In this document: positions 21,875-30,507 of the stretch, piece by piece | How the letters are laid out: every line of letters begins with the position of its first letter | How positions within the stretch are numbered: the stretch's first letter is position 1 | Assembly: GCA_015233405.1 (NCBI GenBank) | Contig: JADFXT010000001.1 | Coordinates: forward strand, 233,386-297,385 | Direction: 5' to 3' | Length of the DNA stretch: 64,000 nucleotides | Origin: Candidatus Omnitrophota bacterium | GTDB taxonomy: Bacteria; Omnitrophota; Gorgyraeia; Zapsychrales; Zapsychraceae | Notes under the pieces: model-generated | What the model saw: only the letters and a program-made list of their open reading frames with translations | Databases searched by the model: none | What the model was told of the DNA's origin: nothing | Program-made: the position numbers and the translations under genes

Positions 21875-21982
21875 TTAATAAGAAATTTTCAAAACGAGTA
21901 ATTTTGAAAATTTTTAAATTATCCAGCCACGACATCTTCGAAAATAAAATGTTTCTTATAAAAACAGGAGGATTTTATAAAA

Positions 21983-24900
21983 ATGATGAATTTTATTCGA
22001 GAATCTAAGCGTGGAACAATGTACCGTATTTTTTCAGCATTCATAGCTTTTTCGTTCATGTTAAGCTCGATTATTCCTGCTTCTTATGGACAAATAGCTC
22101 CACTTCAAGCAATAAATCTTCCAATTCCTGGGCAAATTGTGACACAAAGCAGTGCTTATGCCCCTGCAATTGTGAAAGGGATAACTATTAACCCCAAAAA
22201 CCCTCTTCAGTTTGATTTTTTGGTCGATTCTGGAGAAAATAATCTTCAAGGCCAAGCATTAAAAGAAGAATCGCAAAGGCTTGTTAAATATTTCCTTACA
22301 TCTCTGACTGTTTCAGAAAAAGACCTTTGGGTCAACCTTTCTCCTTATGAAAAAGACCGGATCATTCCGGAAAATTTCAGCCAGACCGAAATGGGCCGCG
22401 ACCTTCTAGCGCAAGACTATATTTTAAAGCAACTCACTTCTTCGTTAATGTATCCCGAAAAACAAATTGGCAAGGATTTTTGGGCCAGGGTTTATGAAAA
22501 GGCGCAAAAAGAGTTTCATACGACCGATATTCCTACAGATACCTTTCATAAAATTTGGATTGTGCCGAATAAGGCCGTCGTTTATGAGAAAGATAATTCC
22601 GCATTTGTCTTAGAAGCGCATTTAAAAGTCATGTTAGAAGAGGATTATGAAGCGCTTAAGGCCAATTCGAACAAAGCCAACGCTCAAACGTCAGAAAAGA
22701 ATTTAGTGACGACGCAAATCATCAAAGATATTCTCGTCCCTGAAATTGAAAAAGAAATCAATACGGGTAAAAATTTTGCCAGCCTTCGTCAGATTTATAA
22801 TTCCATGATTTTAGCGGCATGGTTTAAGCGCACGCTAAAAGAATCTTTATTAAGTAAAGTTTATGTCAACCAAAGCAAGATGAAAGGGATTGATGGAGTC
22901 ACTCCGCAAATTAAGGAAGGAATCTACAACCAATATTTAGCGGCTTTCAAGAAAGGCGTCTACAACTACATTAGAGAAGAATACAATTCCGAAACCCAGG
23001 AAGTCATTCCACGAAAATATTTCTCGGGCGGGTTTGATCCTAAAAGTATTTTTATTGAAACAGATCCGACGCTTACTGTCGCAACGCCCAAGACTGTTGA
23101 TTCGACGATGTTAAAAGAGGCAAGGAAAATAGCTGGAATCATCAGTGATGTGAAGGTCAATTTAGCCGATGCGGGGCCTGCCGCCAATGTGGGTTTGGCT
23201 ACAGCCAAGAAAGACAAGGCCATGACAACTGCGAATGCGGCGTTGATCGAAGCCGATAAGAATTCCGGATTATTTTCTGACGCGCAAAAGAAGGCGTTCG
23301 ATGTCCTTTCTCAAATCGGAGAAAGTGAGCTTGTTGATGCTTTTTATGCTTTAAATCCTACGCCGGAACAGAAGAAGGCATTTTTAGATACGGTCCTTAA
23401 ATTGAACCGTCTTTATCCGGGCGGATTGGATGAATATCTACGGAAAGGCAAGGACCTTCTAACTAAGGCGGAAAAAAACATCAATCCTATGGAAGGATAT
23501 ACAGATCCCACCCAGCCTCCCGTCGAAGATTTTACAGATATGAATAGCCCATATTTTAAAGACATGACAGCCGTTGGTCTTAAGACTGTTAATAAAACTA
23601 TTTTCGCCATGCCGGCCGGCGGGTTAGGAACGCGGTTAGGTTTTAATGGCCCGACGAAATTGGCCATTATTTTAGATTTGTTAGTGATGAAAATGTACAT
23701 CGAAGATTACGCGGAAAAGATCTTAGCTTTACAGAAAAGGTCGAATGCCATAAATGGTGAAAAACAGGAAATCCCTCTTGTCCTTATGACTTCTGATTCT
23801 AATCATACGGGAACGATAAAACTGTTAACGGAAAAAAATAATTTAGGCATGAACGGATTGACAGTTCTTGACGCTGCTAAAGGAGACCATGTCATTTTTG
23901 ATAACGTCAGACAAAAACTGATTGTTTATGACGGTAATAATCAGGAGAAGGGAGAGCTTAAGCAAATCGTTATCTTTAAGCAGGAAGACGTGGCATCCAT
24001 GAAAGGTTACGATGGAAGGCTTTATATCGACGCAAAAAAGAAAAATATTGCCACAGCTCCGCATAACCACGGCGACATTCATCTTTTGATGTATCAGACG
24101 GGCTTAGCGCAAGCTTATAAAGATGCGGGGAAAAAAGAGACGATGTTTTTTCAGGACACTAATGGAGAAGTTTTTAACGGGGTTTTGCCGATTTTGGGAG
24201 CTGTTGTAACCAAGAAATACAAAATGGGTTTTAGCGTATTTGGTTTGAAAGCCGGCGATAAAGTCGGCGTGATGGCTAGAATGAAGAATCCGCAAGGCAA
24301 GGATGTTGTTTTAAATGTTGAATATAATCAACAAGAAGCGGTCTTAACGCCGTTTGGAAAAAAGATAGAGGATTTTAAAGGGAACATTAATAATTTTGTG
24401 ATTGATCAAGAGGAATATGCCAAGATTCTTGACCGCATTAAAGGAGTTGTTTTGAATTCAGAGCTGGTGAATCCTAAGCCGGATACTAAAGTCAGCCGTC
24501 TGGAAACGCCGATGCAGGATATCTCTAGGGAAGTTGACGGCGCAGATGTCGGCCTCATGTTATTTGCTCCCCAGTTTAACTTTGCGGCCACAAAAAATGA
24601 TTTGTCTAATGCAATTCTTGCTACAGCTAAAGGGTTGTTCTCGGAATATATGGCTTCCACAGAAGGTGTCCATGCTTTGAACGCAAGAAAGTTATTTTCC
24701 GCAGCGGGAGTTGATATTGATGTCAATGGGGAAGTCAAGTATGCGTATGAACGGGCAGAAGGTTATAAGGCTCAGTTTGGCGAGAAAGGGACAAGGATTT
24801 TAGGGCTTCCTGGTGAAGAGAAAAAGGATATTGGCCCAATTAAAAAAGAGGCGATTGTCAGAGGTGTCCCTTATTTAAGTGCTGCCAAGATTGCTTTTGC

Positions 24901-27900
24901 TTCAGGATTCGCCGTGACTCCGGAAGAATTAAAGAAGAAAGTTCATGGAGGTAAAATTTCTAATCACTCCATGCTGTATGTCAATGGTGAGAATATTTAT
25001 TTAAATAATCTGGACCTTGACGGGACTTTGATCATCAAAGCGAGAGACGACCAAGAATTAACTATTAATAATTTGAAAGTCGTCAATGAAGGCTATGCCA
25101 TTGTGCCGGTTACGATGGCAGATCAAGGGCTTGAAGAATATATCTCCATGCGAGGATATCAGCTAGACCAGCATGGAAAGATCAAAATGATCGATATTAC
25201 CGACCGTCCTGCCGGGTCTTATGTGATCAATAGTGACGGGGAAATTAAAAAGGCTGATCAGGCGATGATGACAGAGCAAGAAGCGATGACTGAATTATCG
25301 GCGATTGAGCAAGCTGTAACGAATGGAAAATTAGAGGATATGACTCAAAGAATCATGGATTTAGGTGACGCGCTCAATGATTCTCCGAAGAGTTTTAAGG
25401 ACTATGACAATTTTAAAGATTTTATGATCCGTAAACTGGAAGCCGCGGAAAAAATAGCTGCAGCAGCTTTAGGAAATGAGGCTCTCAAAAATCAGATTGT
25501 TCAGGACACACTCGAGAAAATCAAGAGAAAATTGGGAGCTGACAAGCCGGGGAATATTGAAGGACAGGCAGATTTTAATAAGATAAAGAAAAATTTAAGT
25601 GTATGGCTTGATGCGGCCAATAATATTCCGGCGTATATCCGTCAGGGGATCATCAAAGCCATGTTGGAAGGTCGCATAGCGGATATTATGGATTCTTATA
25701 TTTCTCAAATTGAATTTGGAACGGCGGGTGTTCGAGGTACCGTGCTTAATTCCAAATATGATTTCATCGTCAAACATGAAATGCGAAAATTCCAGAAAGA
25801 TCCTCGGGCCGTCGTCTTAACCGGTCCGGCGAATTACAATATTGTCACGACCATCGAACAAACACTGGCTTTGGTCAAACTGACGAAATCTTTACAGGAT
25901 CTTCTTACCAAAAATCCTAATGATGAAAGAATAAAGAAATTAGATCCCGAATACATTCAGGCGTTAAAAAACAATCGCTTTACGATTTCCTATGACAGCC
26001 GTATTAATGGGGAATACTTTGGAAAAATCATTGCTGCCGTCGGGATTCTAAATGGAATTAATATCGATATGTTTGACAGTCCTTCTGGGGTTCCTGCTCT
26101 TGTCTGGGCGGCGAATGGCGAAGGATTTGGCATATTGGATGACGGAGGTTCCATTTTCGGGATCCTGAATTCCGCATCTCACAGCGAATATAACTATAAC
26201 GGATTTAAATCTTTTCTGGCGTATCTTATGGCGCAGGTCGACGCCTATTCCAAAAAACTGATTAAAGAGGCGCGTAAAGGTGTTGTTTTGTCTGAGATGC
26301 CTTTTCATTTATTAGAAGGAAATTGGCGGGCTAATGTGGAAGATGTCTTTAAATCCGCCAACAAATATAATGCCGAATTGCGATGGCTCGGTCATAAAGA
26401 TGCTCAGGCCGGTCTGGAATATTTAGACAAACATCTCGTGGATTTTTATACGACGTATTTTCAATTAGTCCGTTCCAAGGCTATCTCGGAAAAATATCTT
26501 TCTGCTGAAGAAAGAGCAAAAGCCTTGGCAGCTAGAGGTGATGTTACTATAAGATTTAGCGCGTTTTCAGGTGTTGGCGCGGAATTCGCCAGGACCCTCG
26601 ATAAAGATGGTCAAGACATTCTTGTTGAAGCAGGGAATTTTCCTAAATTTTTCAGAGACTCCGGCTTTACGAATTTACGGACTGTCGCGAAATACACCAA
26701 AATCATGGACGGTATGTTTGATGGATTCGAGGCCCCGGACCCAGGCATTCCGAAAGGATGGTATGCGGTCGCGCTCGCTTCCTTATTAGAGGAAGCCGGT
26801 GAGGATTTTGAAAATATCGAAGCCGCCGTCAACAAATTTAATGAAGAGGACCTTTGGGAAGGCGTTGATCCCGACGTCGATCGTTACGGCGGGGCCATTA
26901 AACTGCCTGCGGGAGTGAAAGGAAACATTAAAGCTGGTTTTATCAAGATCGTTGAGAATTATATTAATTCCTTAAAGATTGATGACGCCGCTAAGGCCGC
27001 AATGAAGCAAAGGGTCTTCGCTGCGTTGGAAAAAATGAACGATAAGCTGTTATTAACGGCCAACGAAGCTTGGACCATGTTGATTTTTTATTCGCTATCG
27101 ATAGCGCATCAAAATGGCAAATTGGACAAAAACACCCTTTATACCATTGAAAAATCCCATGTCACCACCGACGGACTTCAGCGTGTCGCCAAATATTTCC
27201 GCGCTTTGGGATATAAAATCTATGTCATCGACACCTGGGTTGGATTTACCGAGCTAGGTGCTACGGCTCGGTTGGCTTTCGATCTTGCCAAAGGTGGGGT
27301 TCAGAAGAATGCCGTTGCGATGAAGGAAGCCTTAGCCAAATTAAAAGCCATGAATCCGGAGGAATATGTTGATCCCAGCAATCCGGAAGATACGTTTTAT
27401 AAATTTGTCCAAAGGACCATTGACCTTCTGGAGAAATCTTTAGCGAGGACGCTTTCTTCAGATGAGAACGCAACCTTACTGAGTAATTTAGAGGCGTTAT
27501 CAAAGATTGAGAACATCGCCGGCGTTGAAGAAAGTAACGGCTATGGAGAAATGGGCAAGCTGGATGCGAAGACATTAAAGATCGTCGACAAACATATCAG
27601 CGACAAAGACGGCGGGCTTGCTGGATTTAAATTTGCCGACCTTTTGGCTATTGGTAAGTCCAGGGGCAAAGATCCTTACGATATGTATCAGGACGTCATT
27701 CGGGAGCTCGGACAAGTCAGTACCTTTAATAATCAAATTCGCTATGCGGGTTTTGAAGGTACCAAACAGAAATTCGGTACCATGGAAACCCTGGAAAAAT
27801 ATTTCTTGTTGGCGATCCAGCAGCGGTTGGACAAAGGAGAGGATGTTTATCTCTTTAATGGACGCTATAAAGTTAAGAGTTTAGTCACTTATCGGGCGTT

Positions 27901-29059
27901 TAAATATGACAAATTTTATCGGGGTCTTCCTGAAGAAGGAACCCGGTTATACGTGGAAGTCCGTGATGCTAGTGGCAAAAATTTAGGTGATGCTATTATT
28001 ACTTACAGGCCGTCAGGAACCGGCGACAGCAATCGTGTTTACAACTGGTTTCTGGGTGTTAAACCAAAGGCCGATGAAAACTTTGACGATTATTTTAGAC
28101 GGAATAATGATATTGTGGCGAATTTAAACAAGGATTTCTTTGGGGTGGACGCGGATATCGAGCAAGATTTTAAAACCGGAGACGTTTCTGGTTATGTGGA
28201 CCGCCCAGTCAATGAGTTTTATGGATTGGCGTTCGCTATTAAAGAGGCGTTCCGTCGAGGTTATACGCGAGCGCAGTCTGCGGGGGCTTTTGAGGAAATC
28301 CGAATCCCGTTGGCCAAGGCGTTGGGAGAAAGCACTCCGATCACTTTTAGTCCGGGCTTGGAAAATTTGATCGCGGCTGTCAAAGCTTATACGTTCGCGG
28401 ATCGCCTGGAACAGAATTGGGACAGGATGAGCTCGACTGAACGAAAAGAAAATTTGGATATTTTTGAAAATGCCAGAGCGAGAAATTTCCAGGAATGGCA
28501 GACGTATCTGGACAGTCCTGAGTTTAAAGAATATTTAGCTCAGACGAAAGATACGAATAAAATTACCATTACTTTCGGGCTGGAAGGAAAAACGCAGACC
28601 ATTCAAATCCCCAAAGCCGTTGTCATGGGATTAAAAACTGGACTGGCGGATTATCTTATTCAAGCGTTGGAAAAAGCAGGAGTAGATCTTCCGGCAGTTG
28701 TTAAGGAGGATAGTTATCTTCAGTCCAATGACGGAGAAATCGTGCGCATGGTCAGAAGCCGCATTGAGGAAGGCTGGCCAGCTGACAATGCTCTTATGGT
28801 ACAAACGAATGATTCAGCTAACCGTGACAAGGCCATGGCGATCGATCCAGTCGGTGGTATTGACCTTAATTCCAGTTATTTGGATATGCAGATCAAGCGG
28901 GATAATAATGGTGTGCCGCTGCCTTTAAAGATGCAGCCGCTACAAAATATGCATATTGAAGGGTTTGTTCCGGTCATTATCAACATTACGCCGGTCGAGA
29001 ATTTCCCGGCGCTGTTGGGGGTTAATGAAGAAAAGGAAAAGCCTGAAAAGCTCAGTTAA
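21983..29059 (+). CDS. Giant modular protein 1 (2358 aa): signal/anchor + shared N-domain + UDP-sugar pyrophosphorylase module + phosphohexomutase module + shared C-module
   Basis: Uninterrupted 7.1-kb ORF; AGGAGG RBS; enzyme motifs listed in the sub-features; paralogous ends with ORF 42302-50158. Confidence 0.9.
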   Translation: MMNFIRESKRGTMYRIFSAFIAFSFMLSSIIPASYGQIAPLQAINLPIPGQIVTQSSAYAPAIVKGITINPKNPLQFDFLVDSGENNLQGQALKEESQRLVKYFLTSLTVSEKDLWVNLSPYEKDRIIPENFSQTEMGRDLLAQDYILKQLTSSLMYPEKQIGKDFWARVYEKAQKEFHTTDIPTDTFHKIWIVPNKAVVYEKDNSAFVLEAHLKVMLEEDYEALKANSNKANAQTSEKNLVTTQIIKDILVPEIEKEINTGKNFASLRQIYNSMILAAWFKRTLKESLLSKVYVNQSKMKGIDGVTPQIKEGIYNQYLAAFKKGVYNYIREEYNSETQEVIPRKYFSGGFDPKSIFIETDPTLTVATPKTVDSTMLKEARKIAGIISDVKVNLADAGPAANVGLATAKKDKAMTTANAALIEADKNSGLFSDAQKKAFDVLSQIGESELVDAFYALNPTPEQKKAFLDTVLKLNRLYPGGLDEYLRKGKDLLTKAEKNINPMEGYTDPTQPPVEDFTDMNSPYFKDMTAVGLKTVNKTIFAMPAGGLGTRLGFNGPTKLAIILDLLVMKMYIEDYAEKILALQKRSNAINGEKQEIPLVLMTSDSNHTGTIKLLTEKNNLGMNGLTVLDAAKGDHVIFDNVRQKLIVYDGNNQEKGELKQIVIFKQEDVASMKGYDGRLYIDAKKKNIATAPHNHGDIHLLMYQTGLAQAYKDAGKKETMFFQDTNGEVFNGVLPILGAVVTKKYKMGFSVFGLKAGDKVGVMARMKNPQGKDVVLNVEYNQQEAVLTPFGKKIEDFKGNINNFVIDQEEYAKILDRIKGVVLNSELVNPKPDTKVSRLETPMQDISREVDGADVGLMLFAPQFNFAATKNDLSNAILATAKGLFSEYMASTEGVHALNARKLFSAAGVDIDVNGEVKYAYERAEGYKAQFGEKGTRILGLPGEEKKDIGPIKKEAIVRGVPYLSAAKIAFASGFAVTPEELKKKVHGGKISNHSMLYVNGENIYLNNLDLDGTLIIKARDDQELTINNLKVVNEGYAIVPVTMADQGLEEYISMRGYQLDQHGKIKMIDITDRPAGSYVINSDGEIKKADQAMMTEQEAMTELSAIEQAVTNGKLEDMTQRIMDLGDALNDSPKSFKDYDNFKDFMIRKLEAAEKIAAAALGNEALKNQIVQDTLEKIKRKLGADKPGNIEGQADFNKIKKNLSVWLDAANNIPAYIRQGIIKAMLEGRIADIMDSYISQIEFGTAGVRGTVLNSKYDFIVKHEMRKFQKDPRAVVLTGPANYNIVTTIEQTLALVKLTKSLQDLLTKNPNDERIKKLDPEYIQALKNNRFTISYDSRINGEYFGKIIAAVGILNGINIDMFDSPSGVPALVWAANGEGFGILDDGGSIFGILNSASHSEYNYNGFKSFLAYLMAQVDAYSKKLIKEARKGVVLSEMPFHLLEGNWRANVEDVFKSANKYNAELRWLGHKDAQAGLEYLDKHLVDFYTTYFQLVRSKAISEKYLSAEERAKALAARGDVTIRFSAFSGVGAEFARTLDKDGQDILVEAGNFPKFFRDSGFTNLRTVAKYTKIMDGMFDGFEAPDPGIPKGWYAVALASLLEEAGEDFENIEAAVNKFNEEDLWEGVDPDVDRYGGAIKLPAGVKGNIKAGFIKIVENYINSLKIDDAAKAAMKQRVFAALEKMNDKLLLTANEAWTMLIFYSLSIAHQNGKLDKNTLYTIEKSHVTTDGLQRVAKYFRALGYKIYVIDTWVGFTELGATARLAFDLAKGGVQKNAVAMKEALAKLKAMNPEEYVDPSNPEDTFYKFVQRTIDLLEKSLARTLSSDENATLLSNLEALSKIENIAGVEESNGYGEMGKLDAKTLKIVDKHISDKDGGLAGFKFADLLAIGKSRGKDPYDMYQDVIRELGQVSTFNNQIRYAGFEGTKQKFGTMETLEKYFLLAIQQRLDKGEDVYLFNGRYKVKSLVTYRAFKYDKFYRGLPEEGTRLYVEVRDASGKNLGDAIITYRPSGTGDSNRVYNWFLGVKPKADENFDDYFRRNNDIVANLNKDFFGVDADIEQDFKTGDVSGYVDRPVNEFYGLAFAIKEAFRRGYTRAQSAGAFEEIRIPLAKALGESTPITFSPGLENLIAAVKAYTFADRLEQNWDRMSSTERKENLDIFENARARNFQEWQTYLDSPEFKEYLAQTKDTNKITITFGLEGKTQTIQIPKAVVMGLKTGLADYLIQALEKAGVDLPAVVKEDSYLQSNDGEIVRMVRSRIEEGWPADNALMVQTNDSANRDKAMAIDPVGGIDLNSSYLDMQIKRDNNGVPLPLKMQPLQNMHIEGFVPVIINITPVENFPALLGVNEEKEKPEKLS
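22100..23063 (+). other. Shared N-domain of giant ORF1 (unknown function)
   Basis: Aligns by eye with ORF2 N-domain (DLWVNLSPYEK, AQDYILKQLT.SLMYPEK.IGKDFW, TTDIPTDTF, AHLKVMLEEDY, KYFSGG). Confidence 0.8.
23290..25200 (+). other. UDP-sugar pyrophosphorylase (USP, UDPGP family) module in giant ORF1
   Basis: End-to-end resemblance to plant/trypanosomatid USP as I recall it: LNRLYPGGL..Y..GK.LL, AGGLGTRLGFNG, APHNHGDIH, FFQDTNG, LNVEYNQ, C-terminal beta-helix-like NIYLNNLDLDGTLII. Confidence 0.8.
25600..28150 (+). other. alpha-D-phosphohexomutase (PGM/PMM-like) module in giant ORF1, with large insertions
   Basis: All four family loops present: FGTAGVRG and active-site SASHSEYNYNGFK; metal loop DPDVDR; sugar loop GVEESNG; phosphate loop RPSGTGDSNRVY. 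Confidence 0.75.
28826..29056 (+). other. Shared C-terminal module of giant ORF1
   Basis: DKAM..GGIDLN ... GFVPVIINITP..FPALLG; aligns with the ORF2 C-terminus. Confidence 0.8.
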
Positions 29060-29080
29060 AAGTTTAAATAAGCAATAAAT

Positions 29081-29114
29081 AAAAAGGGACAGGTAAATTT
29101 ACCTGTCCCTTTTT
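29081..29114. terminator. Bidirectional rho-independent terminator
   Basis: AAAAA-GGGACAGGTAAA/TTTACCTGTCCC-TTTTT between convergent giant ORF1 and the Cys-rich gene. Confidence 0.85.
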
Positions 29115-29138
29115 AGGTGACGATCACCTTTTTTATCT

Positions 29139-29543
29139 TTATTTGCAACATAAATACTCAGCTATCATAAACCAATCATCATCATTTGCTTTGCAGTCTT
29201 GTGCATCATCGCTACAATGCCATCCGTGTGTATCTTTTGCTTGAGCAGAGGTGCCACTAACTCCAACGAAACCGTCTGCCATATATAACACTCCTGGGCT
29301 TTCATCATATATTGATATGCTTTGTATTCTTGTTTTTGCTGTAAAACCACGGAAACATCCGCCAGAGCTACTATCTGCTATGACGCAAAAATGTGCGCCG
29401 GGATCATTAATGCCTGGATCAACAGCTAAACACTGTTGGGCGGAGGCTTCTTTTGAATTTGTAATAAAGAAATTCGCAGCAAGAATCGAGATGTTTGCGG
29501 TAAGAAAAAGGATTAATAAAAATTTCATATTTTTGACGGCCAT
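29139..29543 (-). CDS. Small secreted cysteine-rich protein, unknown function
   Basis: 134 aa; signal peptide; 7 Cys in mature part ending LCCK; AGGAGA RBS 7 nt upstream of ATG. Confidence 0.6.
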   Translation of the reverse strand: MAVKNMKFLLILFLTANISILAANFFITNSKEASAQQCLAVDPGINDPGAHFCVIADSSSGGCFRGFTAKTRIQSISIYDESPGVLYMADGFVGVSGTSAQAKDTHGWHCSDDAQDCKANDDDWFMIAEYLCCK

Positions 29544-29650
29544 AAGATGTTCTCCTTTTTTAAAGTTGTTAATAAAAATATAACATTTATAGTGCTAGTT
29601 TACAAAGTATTTTTCCAGGAGTTATGCTTTTACTCTTTTCAAGAAACCAT

Positions 29651-29678
29651 TTGATAATCCCAAATTTTGCATTACAAT
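29651..29678 (+). promoter_or_regulatory. Candidate promoter for the structured leader / CBS gene
   Basis: TTGATA - 16 nt - TACAAT. Confidence 0.3.
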
Positions 29679-29882
29679 TAATTGCGCGACGGGTAGAATA
29701 AGATAAATGCAAAATTTGCCTTCGGTGGCGGTTTGCCGCCAGGATATATCCTCGCAAGTCTCGGTAAAGCCGAGATCTTGCGACCCTTTGGGCGAGTTTT
29801 GCGTAGACTGCCAAGAGGCAGTCTACTGCAAAATTCGGGATAATTTAGTCTACGCAAGATAATATTATAGAGAAAATTTTCT
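29660..29882 (+). ncRNA. Candidate structured RNA or leader (class unknown; strand uncertain)
   Basis: Hairpins at 29726-29741, 29752-29783 (13 bp) and 29797-29833 (16 bp); possible closing helix 29660-29672 with 29824-29836; alternative pairings with 29849-29858. Confidence 0.35.
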
Positions 29883-29903
29883 AACTCTTAAAGAGGTTCC
29901 GCC

Positions 29904-30407
29904 ATGGGTTATAAAGACGATGTTGCCCAGATAAAAAAGTTTTTTGAGAATATCAAGCTCGAAGAAGTGATGGACAAACAAGTCGTCACAATTCGGGAAG
30001 ATGCCGACGGCAGCGAAGCGCAGGTCAAGTTTATCAATAATAAAATCAATCATCTGATTGTGATAGACGCCGATAAGAAAGTTGTCGGATTGATCAGCCG
30101 TAAATACCTTTATAAAACTCAGTCTCCCCGGAAGATCATGCAAGAGGAAATGGATTATGAACCGGGTATCGTGATTGATGGGGATAGCTTTTACGAGAAA
30201 GAAACCTTAGATAATATCATTCTTTCTAATATTATGTTCCGCAATCCTTTCACGTTAGGCCCTCAGGATAAACTGGCGAAAGCGGTCAAGGCCATGGGGG
30301 AGCGTTTTATTGCTTGTATCCCGATCGTCGACGCGAACCAAAAAGTCATTGGCGTGATAACGGACTTGGAAGTGATCCGGTTTATCGCCAAAATTTTATC
30401 GTTGTAA
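29904..30407 (+). CDS. CBS-domain pair protein
   Basis: Two CBS-like repeats (NHLIVIDADKKVVGLISRKYL; CIPIVDANQKVIGVITDLEVI); AAGAGG RBS. Confidence 0.8.
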   Translation: MGYKDDVAQIKKFFENIKLEEVMDKQVVTIREDADGSEAQVKFINNKINHLIVIDADKKVVGLISRKYLYKTQSPRKIMQEEMDYEPGIVIDGDSFYEKETLDNIILSNIMFRNPFTLGPQDKLAKAVKAMGERFIACIPIVDANQKVIGVITDLEVIRFIAKILSL

Positions 30408-30507
30408 AAATAATGAATATTATTGTTTTTCATCCCGTGTGTCATCTCTCAAGAAATCAGGATTTTGAATTTCAAAGAAAGATTGCCACGTCGCTTCGCT
30501 CCTCGCA

